NCBI GenBank assembly: GCA_937925475.1
Contig: CALEWH010000003.1
Coordinates: forward strand, 1 to 56,101
DNA length: 56,101 bases
Origin: an uncultured Clostridia bacterium
Lineage (GTDB): Bacteria > Bacillota > Clostridia > Christensenellales > UBA1242
Direction: 5' to 3'
The position numbers and the translations under genes are program-made. The stretch's first letter is position 1. Each line of letters opens with the position of its first letter. Positions 19,238 through 27,420 of the stretch are shown here, piece after piece. The notes under the pieces were generated by a model that worked only from the letters and a program-made list of their open reading frames with translations, was not told the origin of the DNA and ran no database searches.

Positions 19238-19318
19238 TCATTAGTTTGCATTTATTAAACTTGACAACTTTTAAAAATACCAGTATACTTTGCTAGATTT
19301 TATTTTTAGGAGAAAACA

Positions 19319-20179
19319 ATGGCAGTAAAAATTGCGTGTGATAGTTCGACCGATTTAGGTCAAGAGTTTTACAAACAAAACAATATCGGTGTGCTTCCAT
19401 TTACTATAAATCTTGGCGAAGAGTCTTTTCGTGACGGGGTCGACATCAACAACAATATGATATTCGAATATGTTTCGGCATACAAGGTTTTGCCAAAAAC
19501 CAGCGCCATCAACATATATCAATATGAAGAGTTTTTTAAAGAAAATGCAGGAAATGACGGACTTGTTTTCGTGTCGCTTTCTAGCAAACTAAGTAGCACC
19601 TTCAACAATGCCCTTATAGCTTCACAAAACTTTGACAATGTCTATGTGGTGGACTCTTTAAGTCTATCAACAGGCGGTGGACTTCTTGTGATGTATGCGT
19701 GCGAACTAGCAAAGAAAGGAATGAGTGCAAAAGAGATTTATGACGCACTTGAAAGTCGCAAACAATATGTGCAAGCAAGTTTTACAATCGACAAACTCGA
19801 CTTTTTACACAAGGGCGGAAGATGCTCTGTGCTAAAAATGTTGGGCGCAAACCTACTAAAACTACACCCACAAATCCAACTTAAAAATGGCGCAATGGGC
19901 ATGAACAGAAAATATCGTGGCAAAATGAAAGACTTGGTCAAAGACTACATTGACGACACCCTAAACGAGTTTGACAATCCCGACAAGTCATATTGTTTTG
20001 TCACCCACTCAAACTGTGACGAAGAGATAGTAGACTCCGCCATATCACACTTGAAAAGCAAAAATATCTTTGACAAAATTATCGAAACAAGTGCGGGCTC
20101 AACAATTACTTCTCACTGTGGCAAAAACACAATCGGAATACTATATTTTAATGATGGCGGAACCATGGCCACAAAATAA
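19319..20179 (+). CDS. degV: DegV-family fatty-acid-binding protein
   Basis: N-terminus KIACDSSTDLGQEF...VLPFTINLGEESFRDGVDI typical of DegV. 286 aa. Upstream TTGACA-17-TATACT promoter and AGGAGA SD. Confidence 0.85.
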   Translation: MAVKIACDSSTDLGQEFYKQNNIGVLPFTINLGEESFRDGVDINNNMIFEYVSAYKVLPKTSAINIYQYEEFFKENAGNDGLVFVSLSSKLSSTFNNALIASQNFDNVYVVDSLSLSTGGGLLVMYACELAKKGMSAKEIYDALESRKQYVQASFTIDKLDFLHKGGRCSVLKMLGANLLKLHPQIQLKNGAMGMNRKYRGKMKDLVKDYIDDTLNEFDNPDKSYCFVTHSNCDEEIVDSAISHLKSKNIFDKIIETSAGSTITSHCGKNTIGILYFNDGGTMATK

Positions 20180-20289
20180 CTGGTCAGATAATCAATATGG
20201 ATTTAGACGAATAAAACAGAAAAACAAAATATAGAAATAGAAAAAATGCACAAATGAAAAACAAATTAATCTGCGCAAAATAAAAAAAT

Positions 20290-20316
20290 AAAAACGGCAA
20301 TCGAAGCCGTTTTTTT
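20290..20316. terminator. Bidirectional intrinsic terminator between degV and rdgB
   Basis: AAAAACGGC-AATCGAA-GCCGTTTTT with flanking A- and T-runs, in a convergent intergene. Confidence 0.7.
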
Positions 20317-20375
20317 ATTTTCACATTAATCGCTATACTTTTTCATATTGGTCACTAGACTTTTTACATTAATCG

Positions 20376-20975
20376 CTAGCCCAAAAACAATTTTGCCTTA
20401 TCAAGCAGTCCGACAATGGCTCTGCCCCTATGCGAAACGCTATTTTTCTCATCATCACTGGACTCACCAAAAGTCTTTTTAAGGTCGTCCGAATAAAACA
20501 AACAATCATAGCCAAAACTTGTATCCCCGTGATACTCTTTTGTGATGTGACCAAAGGTTTTGCCTTCGCTGTAAATATAACTTCCATTTGAAAACAACCA
20601 CACAATCACACAGTTGAAGTACGCTGAGCGGTCGGTTTTGTCAGCAAGAAGCGACAATAGTTTTTGACGATTTTTTTCACTGTCACCATGTCCGCCTGCA
20701 AACCTTGCGCTATATATCCCCGGTGCACCATCAAGTGCATTTACACAAAGCCCGCTATCGTCTGCCAAAACTCCCGCAACAATGCCTTTTTCTTTCAAAT
20801 ACTCTTGCATTTTTTTTGCTTTGATTAGAGCGTTTTCCAAAAAAGTTGTGCCAGTCTCATCAATATCGCAGTCAAATCCGATATCTTTTAGCGACAATAT
20901 TTCTCTGTCTTTAAGCAGTTCTCTAAACTCTTTTATTTTGTGGCTGTTGTTTGAAGCCAACACCAATTTTTCCAT
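20376..20975 (-). CDS. rdgB: Non-canonical purine NTP (XTP/dITP) pyrophosphatase RdgB
   Basis: LVLASNNSHKIKEF N-terminus, internal DDSGL, C-terminal SHRGRA. 199 aa. Confidence 0.85.
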   Translation of the reverse strand: MEKLVLASNNSHKIKEFRELLKDREILSLKDIGFDCDIDETGTTFLENALIKAKKMQEYLKEKGIVAGVLADDSGLCVNALDGAPGIYSARFAGGHGDSEKNRQKLLSLLADKTDRSAYFNCVIVWLFSNGSYIYSEGKTFGHITKEYHGDTSFGYDCLFYSDDLKKTFGESSDDEKNSVSHRGRAIVGLLDKAKLFLG

Positions 20976-20984
20976 TTTTATCTC

Positions 20985-21869
20985 CTAATTCATTATAGCT
21001 TGTGCAAACAAATATCCAAGTTTGATTTGCGACATAGTATCATAATGTGCTAAATCGGGATTGTTTGCTGGTTCGAGATTGTAAGTTAGTCCCTCACCAA
21101 TAGTGTCAATATAATAGTTTTTGTCCGACAATTTGCTATATTTTTTCTTGCAGTTGTTGATGGTCTTATACTCTTTCCAATACGGACTATCACTAATGCC
21201 CGCATCTATCCACTTTATATCGCCATATTCCTTTCTAAGCGACTCTACAAGTTTTTTGGTATTTTTATAATACTTTTTTGATGTTTTACCAAAAGCGTCG
21301 CTTTCCCCCTGCATCCAACATATTCCTTCAATAGTTGGAACATAGTTTTTACTTGTGAGATAATCGAGCGAAGTATTAACAAATTTTACAAAACCCTTAT
21401 ACAAACATTCGTTTTCTTTGTTCCAGTTTTCATATAGATTGCTTCCACCATACGAATATTTTATTATGAAATAGGTATCGTTAGTTTGGCTTAGTTTTTC
21501 CGCTAGCCCTATCTCTGACCCAAAATATTGATATGACATCACATTTGTATGTACGAAGCCATCCGATTTGTTTGTTCCATTTTCAGTATTGTAGTTTATG
21601 TATACATTTTTATAGCCATGTGTATATTCATCAAATTTTGCCTTTGACACTTTTTCTTTTAAAATGTCGGTTTGTGCTACTCCAGTCGCATTTGATTGAC
21701 CAGCAATCATAACAACCTTGACTTTTTCACCTTTTCCATCTTCTAGTGTGTCATTAACCACAAAATCAAAGTTAAGATTAAGACTATTTTTCTCTACTTC
21801 TTTTTTACAACCACAAAATCCCATAGCCCCTACTAGCATTAATAAAAAACAACATATTTTTTTCATCAT
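20985..21869 (-). CDS. Secreted lipoprotein, sialate O-acetylesterase-like (SASA/SGNH) esterase
   Basis: Lipobox-type signal MMKKICCFLLMLVGAMGFCGC. IAGQSNATG and WMQGESD motifs. Start set to the ATG at 21869 (SD GGGGGAT). Confidence 0.65.
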   Translation of the reverse strand: MMKKICCFLLMLVGAMGFCGCKKEVEKNSLNLNFDFVVNDTLEDGKGEKVKVVMIAGQSNATGVAQTDILKEKVSKAKFDEYTHGYKNVYINYNTENGTNKSDGFVHTNVMSYQYFGSEIGLAEKLSQTNDTYFIIKYSYGGSNLYENWNKENECLYKGFVKFVNTSLDYLTSKNYVPTIEGICWMQGESDAFGKTSKKYYKNTKKLVESLRKEYGDIKWIDAGISDSPYWKEYKTINNCKKKYSKLSDKNYYIDTIGEGLTYNLEPANNPDLAHYDTMSQIKLGYLFAQAIMN

Positions 21870-21880
21870 ATCCCCCACTT

Positions 21881-21920
21881 GTCGTAATTTGTCGTAAAAC
21901 ATCGCAAATTGTCGCAAATT
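21881..21920. repeat. Four tandem, helically phased 10-bp repeats (GTCGTAATTT GTCGTAAAAC ATCGCAAATT GTCGCAAATT) between the tdk stop and the esterase SD
   Basis: Read directly from the sequence. The last unit overlaps the tdk stop codon by 1 nt (21920; stop at 21920-21922). The block contains one of the three AAATTGTCGnAAATT sites. Confidence 0.8.
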
Positions 21921-22507
21921 TACCTATCTTGCTCTGATTTTAGTTTTTGATAACAGTTGTAGCAAAGTGCTTCGTATGACTCGTCACCGCCTAAAAATAT
22001 TTCGTCACCTTCGGTCACAAGTCTGCCATCTACAAAACGCCCGTTTGTGTTTGCTTTTCTGCCACAGCGACACACAGATTTTAGTTCTTGCAAGGAGTCG
22101 GCTATCTCGACTAAGCGTTTGCTCCCTTCAAAAAGATAGGTTTTAAAATTTGTAAGCAGACCATAACAAAGCACAGGCACATATTTTGACACTTCCTTTA
22201 ACTGTTCGATTTGTTTTGCCGATAAAAATTGGGCTTCGTCAACAATGACCACACTTTTCTCGTCCAAATATCCAGCTGTTTTTACAAATTCAAACATATC
22301 AGTGTTTTTATTTACAACATTACATTTTGCAGTAAGACCTATTCGGCTTTTAATAACTATCTCATCATCGCACAAATCACGCGTGTCAATCTCTGACTTA
22401 ATCAGCAAAACCTTATAGCCCTTTTCCATATAGTTAAACCTACACATTAGTGCTTGTGCCGACTTCGAACTTCCCATAACACCATATTTAAAATACAATT
22501 TTGCCAT
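21920..22507 (-). CDS. tdk: Thymidine kinase
   Basis: P-loop GVMGSSKSAQ, Walker B VVIVDEAQF, zinc-ribbon CRCGRKA...CYNCY. 195 aa. Confidence 0.9.
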   Translation of the reverse strand: MAKLYFKYGVMGSSKSAQALMCRFNYMEKGYKVLLIKSEIDTRDLCDDEIVIKSRIGLTAKCNVVNKNTDMFEFVKTAGYLDEKSVVIVDEAQFLSAKQIEQLKEVSKYVPVLCYGLLTNFKTYLFEGSKRLVEIADSLQELKSVCRCGRKANTNGRFVDGRLVTEGDEIFLGGDESYEALCYNCYQKLKSEQDR

Positions 22508-22508
22508 A

Positions 22509-23213
22509 TTACTTGTCCTTTTTCAAATCAGTAGTTTTGTGATTATATTTAGACACCAACTCAACAACAACATATGTGGCTATTGCGATAAATACACCAG
22601 ATAGTGCGTCGAGAAAATAGTGTTGTTTGATAAATAGTGTCGACATAACAATCAACACCGCTAGTACAAGCGAATATACCCTGTACCACTTTGCAATGTT
22701 TTGGTTTTTGCGCACTATCAAATAACTATATGTGCTTGTCAAACAATGATAAGACGGGAAAAGATTGAACGCAATTTTTCCACCGTCCAGTGAGTAAATG
22801 AGTTTTAATAGCCAGTGGTTTTTGGAGTATTCCAAAATTCCTTCGTCCACTCTATCCATGTATGTGGGCATAAAAATGTAGATTACAAAACAAATAAAGT
22901 ACGCACTTAATTGACCGATGATGTATTTTTTAAACTGCTCTTTGCCCGATAATGACGCAACCGCTCCCGCACTTATCCAAAAAATGTATGAGTACACATA
23001 CGGAATAGCAAAAACCGCTATTATAGGGATAGCATTGTCAATTACTGCCACCTTTGTTGAAATGGGCGTAAATCCAAAAGCACCAGCAAGGAAATTGGAC
23101 AAATAGTAAAAAACCGCTTGTATTCCCAGCGACAAAAAACCGGCAAGCCAACCCCACCAAGGAACTTGTTTTAGCCTTTTTATAAAACTGTACTTTTGTT
23201 TTTCTTCGTTCAT
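22509..23213 (-). CDS. PAP2-superfamily membrane protein (paralogue of 7786-8745)
   Basis: FPSYHCLTS and IKQHYFLDALSGV motifs. 234-aa polytopic protein. Extended -10 TGcTATACT at 23234-23242 (minus strand). Confidence 0.6.
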   Translation of the reverse strand: MNEEKQKYSFIKRLKQVPWWGWLAGFLSLGIQAVFYYLSNFLAGAFGFTPISTKVAVIDNAIPIIAVFAIPYVYSYIFWISAGAVASLSGKEQFKKYIIGQLSAYFICFVIYIFMPTYMDRVDEGILEYSKNHWLLKLIYSLDGGKIAFNLFPSYHCLTSTYSYLIVRKNQNIAKWYRVYSLVLAVLIVMSTLFIKQHYFLDALSGVFIAIATYVVVELVSKYNHKTTDLKKDK

Positions 23214-23264
23214 GTCCGACCTTTTTCGTGACTAGTATAGCACAAACATATTTTTTCGCTAAAT

Positions 23265-23290
23265 AAAAATAGGCCTTGTAGCCTATTTTT
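23265..23290. terminator. Orphan A/T-flanked hairpin in a divergent intergene
   Basis: AAAAATAGGC-CTTGTA-GCCTATTTTT (10-bp stem, only 3 GC pairs). It sits just upstream of the PAP2 promoter, with no annotated gene to terminate. Confidence 0.4.
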
Positions 23291-23495
23291 ATTTTGTGTC
23301 ACCAACACTCTTTTCTTTGCCTATCGAAATCTCTTTTTCACACTCCAAATTTAGACAAAACATCTCTGTGCTTATATGTTGTCTTAGTGTAAGCAACCTT
23401 AGTTTTGGGTCAATAAGTGTACAAGTATCTATCGTCCAATAGTGCCAGTATAAAGGTCTATAAAAATGTACAAAAGGTGACTTTGAAATAAAAAG

Positions 23496-23524
23496 TTGAC
23501 AAATACAAAAAAATGGCATAAACT
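23496..23524 (+). promoter_or_regulatory. Sigma-A-type promoter of the asnA leader
   Basis: TTGACA (23496-23501), 17-nt spacer, TAAACT (23519-23524). Confidence 0.6.
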
Positions 23525-23549
23525 ATCTATATAACACAAGGAGAAAAAT

Positions 23550-23633
23550 ATGTTTAGACTTATCAACAACAATAACAATAATAATTCAAACACATATAAT
23601 ATGGGTTTCATTTTTGTTGTTGAAAGTCTTTAA
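23550..23633 (+). CDS. Asn-rich leader peptide MFRLINNNNNNNSNTYNMGFIFVVESL (27 aa)
   Basis: AAGGAG SD at 23538-23543, 6 nt before the ATG. Codons 6-12 are seven consecutive Asn codons (AAC AAC AAT AAC AAT AAT AAT), with two more at codons 14 and 17. TAA stop 17 nt before a strong terminator. asnA lies downstream. Confidence 0.7.
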   Translation: MFRLINNNNNNNSNTYNMGFIFVVESL

Positions 23634-23650
23634 TAAATAATACAAATCAG

Positions 23651-23686
23651 CACTCTCTTGAAACTCAATTCAAGGGAGTGTTTTTT
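23651..23686 (+). terminator. Intrinsic terminator T1 of the asnA leader
   Basis: CACTCTCTTGAA-ACTCAA-TTCAAGGGAGTG (12-bp stem with one G-U) followed by TTTTTT. Confidence 0.8.
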
Positions 23687-23706
23687 ATAAATATGACATT
23701 TATAAA

Positions 23707-23736
23707 ACAGTGCACTCCAAATGCACTGTTTTTTTA
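23707..23736 (+). terminator. Second intrinsic terminator T2 of the asnA leader
   Basis: ACAGTGCA-CTCCAAA-TGCACTGT followed by TTTTTTT. Confidence 0.7.
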
Positions 23737-23750
23737 TTTTAGGAGGAGAT

Positions 23751-23840
23751 ATGAGAAAGCGTAACGCCGTAGCGGGCGAAAATGACAATATAGTAAAAAA
23801 TAAAATAGTTAATAAGAAAAACAAAATTAATAAAAAATAA
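23751..23840 (+). CDS. Second upstream mini-ORF MRKRNAVAGENDNIVKNKIVNKKNKINKK (29 aa, Asn/Lys-rich)
   Basis: AGGAGG SD 5 nt before the ATG, immediately after the T2 U-run. The stop lies 23 nt before the asnA ATG. Whether it is translated is unproven. Confidence 0.4.
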   Translation: MRKRNAVAGENDNIVKNKIVNKKNKINKK

Positions 23841-23863
23841 AAAGTAAATAGGAGAACAAAGAA

Positions 23864-24856
23864 ATGTTTATCAAAGAAAAGTATACAAAACTAACATTAA
23901 TAGAAAAACAAAAATATATAAAATTAATAAAAGACAGATTTGAAAAAGAACTCAGCATAGCGCTTGACCTACTAAGAGTGTCAGCTCCACTGCTAGTTAC
24001 ACGAGAGTCGGGTCTACAAGACGACCTGTCGGGTGTCGAACGCACCGTAAGTTTTGACGTAGCAAAGGACGGCAAAGAAATAGAAATCGTACAATCGCTT
24101 GCAAAGTGGAAAAGATTTGCTCTTGCAAAATATGGTTTTGAAGTACATAAGGGACTTTACACTGATATGACTGCAATCAGGCGTGACGACAAAATGGACG
24201 AAACACATTCGATATATGTAGATCAATGGGACTGGGAAAAAGTAATAACCACAAAAGATCGAACAATGGCATATCTAAAAAGAACAGTGCGTCAAATTGT
24301 CAAAGCAATAATCAAAACAAGTGAGTATCTTGCAAAAAAAGGTTTTGACAAAGTAAAACTTGAAAAAGATGTGCATTTTGTCACATCCCAACAACTACTT
24401 GATATGTATCCCACACTCACTCCAAAACAACGCGAGTACGAGATAACAAAAAAGTACAAAACTGTGTTTATAATGCAAATAGGTGACACATTGAGTGACG
24501 GAAAACCACACGACCTTAGAGCGCCCGACTACGACGATTGGACTCTTGATGGTGACCTAATGTTTTATCACGAAGTATTGGATATGGCACTTGAAATATC
24601 CAGTATGGGAATCAGAGTCGACAAGGATAGTCTTATGTCCCAACTTCAAAAGGCAGACAAATTGGATCGACTTAAATACACTTATCACCAACTTATCCTA
24701 CAAGACAAACTTCCACTTACTATAGGTGGTGGAATTGGACAAAGCCGACTTTGTCAGTTGTTGTTGGGTCGAGCACATATTGGTGAAGTTCAATCATCGT
24801 ATTGGGACACCGAAACTTTGCGCGATTGCAAAGAAAAAGACATCGAATTGTTGTAA
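23864..24856 (+). CDS. asnA: Aspartate--ammonia ligase (asparagine synthetase A)
   Basis: 330 aa, collinear with E. coli AsnA: VQSLAKWKR, YVDQWDWEKV, HDLRAPDYDDW, SSMGIRVD, IGGGIGQSRL. Confidence 0.95.
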   Translation: MFIKEKYTKLTLIEKQKYIKLIKDRFEKELSIALDLLRVSAPLLVTRESGLQDDLSGVERTVSFDVAKDGKEIEIVQSLAKWKRFALAKYGFEVHKGLYTDMTAIRRDDKMDETHSIYVDQWDWEKVITTKDRTMAYLKRTVRQIVKAIIKTSEYLAKKGFDKVKLEKDVHFVTSQQLLDMYPTLTPKQREYEITKKYKTVFIMQIGDTLSDGKPHDLRAPDYDDWTLDGDLMFYHEVLDMALEISSMGIRVDKDSLMSQLQKADKLDRLKYTYHQLILQDKLPLTIGGGIGQSRLCQLLLGRAHIGEVQSSYWDTETLRDCKEKDIELL

Positions 24857-24954
24857 TAAAAAACTTTGTAAAAATAATAGTTTAAAATATTAAAGTAATA
24901 AGATTAATATAAAAAGACATCAAAAATATAAATAATATATCCACAAAAGACATA

Positions 24955-24981
24955 AAAAAGCAGTCACTTCGACTGCTTTTT
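24955..24981. terminator. Bidirectional terminator between asnA and the GNAT gene
   Basis: AAAAAGCAGTC-ACTTC-GACTGCTTTTT in a convergent intergene. Confidence 0.75.
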
Positions 24982-25008
24982 GTTTTCAAAAACGCGTTCA
25001 TCACACTT

Positions 25009-25533
25009 TTAATATACATTTTTCATAACCACATCTCGCAAAAAGTTTTGGAAAAATGTGGTTTGGCTTTGTGTAAGACCTTTTGGGCTACTCATTATTA
25101 CAAGGTCGTGACCTTTGTTTGCCTTATGATAAGGCGGGTGAACATGTGGATAAGGGTTTTCAACAAATCCACAACGCTCATAAAAGCCTTTGCGTCTAAC
25201 AGATATTTCATCGACTGGTGGGTCGATTTCAAGGATTAGTGGGCGGTCTTGATACATCTTCAAAACATTTTGACCGTAGTGTTTGTTTCGCATTTCGGGG
25301 CGTATGCAAAAGTGCTCGATATACAAAAACTCCCCTACTTGCCAGTATAGTATTTCACCTATAAATGTGTTGTCGTCAAAAATAGTATCAAAATGATAAA
25401 GTGGATTGCCCAAAATCTCTTTTTGAGATTTGCTTTCTCTAAGTTCGTGTGATGGAAAACTGCCCATATACAATGCTATTGCATCGTCATAATTAGGGTC
25501 AATCGCGTCGGTTATACGATGAATTGTGAGCAT
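25009..25533 (-). CDS. GNAT-family N-acetyltransferase
   Basis: 174 aa. GNAT-like core ...YIEHFCIRPEMRNKHYGQNVL... and C-terminal FYERCGF. Confidence 0.65.
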   Translation of the reverse strand: MLTIHRITDAIDPNYDDAIALYMGSFPSHELRESKSQKEILGNPLYHFDTIFDDNTFIGEILYWQVGEFLYIEHFCIRPEMRNKHYGQNVLKMYQDRPLILEIDPPVDEISVRRKGFYERCGFVENPYPHVHPPYHKANKGHDLVIMSSPKGLTQSQTTFFQNFLRDVVMKNVY

Positions 25534-25549
25534 ATTTTCTCCTAAAATA

Positions 25550-26662
25550 TTAATGTTTTTTAAGCATTATAAGCGGAACCAACATTTCTTTTGTAAGTGA
25601 TGTATGGTGTCCCTTAAAACGCGTGCAATTTTCGCTATACAAAAACAACTTGTTTGTGTAAGTTCCTATCGCTATGTAGTCACCTAGCAAATAACCTTTG
25701 TCACCGGTTTTGCCAAAGTAACCTTTCTTTATAAGGTCGCTTGATTTGTACAAAACAAAATCCTTGTTGTACTTTGCCCTAAATTTCTTTTCAAACTCCT
25801 TTTTGCACTCGTCCTTAACTCTAAAAGCGGGTGTTCGTGCGTCAAGATATGGTGGGCAAATCAACATATCGTAAAGTTCTTTGTCATTGTAGAAATCAAC
25901 ATAACCTTCTATATCTACTTGACCGTGATCGGCAGTGATAACAAACAAAGTATCACTACACTCGTCATACAATTTTTGGATTTGGTCATTGATGCTTTGG
26001 ATGTTCTCTTTGGCTTCCTTGCTCGAAACCCCATATCTGTGCATTATCTGATCAGGGTTTTCGTAGTATGCATATACAAACTGCTTTGTAGGACGAGCGA
26101 TAATCTCTTTTATCTTTTCACATAACTGAAATTGGTCAGTAACATATGTGTTTTGCTCGGCGTTTTGCACTCTGCAATATGGCATAAAAATAGAGTTTAT
26201 CTGGTAGTCAGTGTGCGCTTTATCAAAATAGTATTCGGTGTTGTCCGCTAGTGGCATATTGTAGCAAACCTTCTCTTCGGTTTGGGAGTCTACCCCCATA
26301 TAGATGTCTAGATTTCGGTGTATCTCAGGGAAGTTTAGACTCCAACCTAGCCAGCCGTGTTGCAATGGATATGTGTTGGTCGCAAGCGATGTTGTGGCAT
26401 TGGTTGTGGTCGAAGGAAATGTCGAAACAAGTGTTTTTGCCACACCTTTTCTTAGTATCGCATTTTTGTCCAAGTTGATTTTTAGCGGATTTATTCCTAG
26501 CCCGTCAAAGATTATAAAAACCACATTTTTGTAGTTTTTATTAAGTTCGTTTTTCAAAACACGCAATGTAGGGTTTGAGTTTGGCGCACCCAAAAACTCC
26601 GCCAAAGTCGACGAAATGTTTAGGTTGCTCTTTTTAAAATTTGGTTTTACAAATCTGACCAT
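25550..26662 (-). CDS. Alkaline-phosphatase-superfamily phosphodiesterase/nucleotide pyrophosphatase-like protein
   Basis: IIFDGLG (metal-binding Asp), FPSTTTNATTSL (nucleophile Thr region), ITADHGQ motif. 370 aa. Confidence 0.6.
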   Translation of the reverse strand: MVRFVKPNFKKSNLNISSTLAEFLGAPNSNPTLRVLKNELNKNYKNVVFIIFDGLGINPLKINLDKNAILRKGVAKTLVSTFPSTTTNATTSLATNTYPLQHGWLGWSLNFPEIHRNLDIYMGVDSQTEEKVCYNMPLADNTEYYFDKAHTDYQINSIFMPYCRVQNAEQNTYVTDQFQLCEKIKEIIARPTKQFVYAYYENPDQIMHRYGVSSKEAKENIQSINDQIQKLYDECSDTLFVITADHGQVDIEGYVDFYNDKELYDMLICPPYLDARTPAFRVKDECKKEFEKKFRAKYNKDFVLYKSSDLIKKGYFGKTGDKGYLLGDYIAIGTYTNKLFLYSENCTRFKGHHTSLTKEMLVPLIMLKKH

Positions 26663-26847
26663 TTTGATGTCTCACCTTTTCAAGATTGAATTAAAACACC
26701 CTTATTATACTATTTTCGCTCTTTTATGTCAAACTCTCGCACACTTGCCACATTTTAGCACTTTTCAAAAATCTTTTGCCCTTTAATGTCGCTACAAACA
26801 AAAACAACTGGCTAAATAAAAACCAGTTGTTTTGCTTATTCGTTTGC

Positions 26848-27147
26848 TTACTTATCTTCACTTGTTAGACCTTTGATCGTATCCAAAACCAAAGATTCTA
26901 TTGTTTCTTTATCGTCGACATTTTCCACTATATACATAGGTTTTGCGTTTGTGTAAGGCAATTCTTTCTTCAAATTGTATTTGCTGTTTGTGTTAGTGAT
27001 TTTCACCAGCAACCTATCATCAAAAATCCCGCCAAAGTACACGCCATTGACATATAGCAAATACTCACCCATCATTGACCTAGTCCTTGGTTTTAATCGC
27101 CCCAACTGCTCTACTATATAATCCCTATATTCTTTACTCGACGCCAT
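26848..27147 (-). CDS. TfoX N-terminal-domain protein
   Basis: 99 aa. SSKEYRDYIVEQL...MMGEYLLYVNGVYFGGIFDDRLLVK matches the TfoX_N pattern. Confidence 0.7.
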   Translation of the reverse strand: MASSKEYRDYIVEQLGRLKPRTRSMMGEYLLYVNGVYFGGIFDDRLLVKITNTNSKYNLKKELPYTNAKPMYIVENVDDKETIESLVLDTIKGLTSEDK

Positions 27148-27173
27148 AACTTTTCCTTATTGATTGTAATTTA

Positions 27174-27247
27174 TGGAGCAGGTAGCGGGAATCGAACCCG
27201 CAACTAATGCTTGGGAAGCACTTGTTTTACCACTAAACTATACCTGC
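27174..27247 (-). tRNA. tRNA-Gly (anticodon CCC), CCA encoded
   Basis: The reverse complement folds as a cloverleaf: acceptor GCAGGTA/TACCTGC, D stem GTTT/AAAC, anticodon stem AGTGC/GCATT with loop TTCCCAA, T arm GCGGG-TTCGATT-CCCGC, discriminator U, then CCA. Confidence 0.9.
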
Positions 27248-27420
27248 AAATTGGCAATGTTTTTACACAAAACATTATATACCATTTAAAAAAATATATC
27301 ACTTAAAATATAGCAATTTTGTACTTTATAAAAAAATAACCTTATTTTAAGAACATGTCGGACTATACTTTTTGAGAGTAAATATTAAGAGTACGATAAA
27401 AAATAGGGACTCATACATTT

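Noticed and set aside
23214-23549. T-box riboswitch upstream of asnA, the usual Firmicute solution
   Set aside because: I could not find the conserved T-box 14-mer, a specifier loop, or AGAGA/GNUGGNA-type motifs. The leader is instead organised as short ORF plus terminators.
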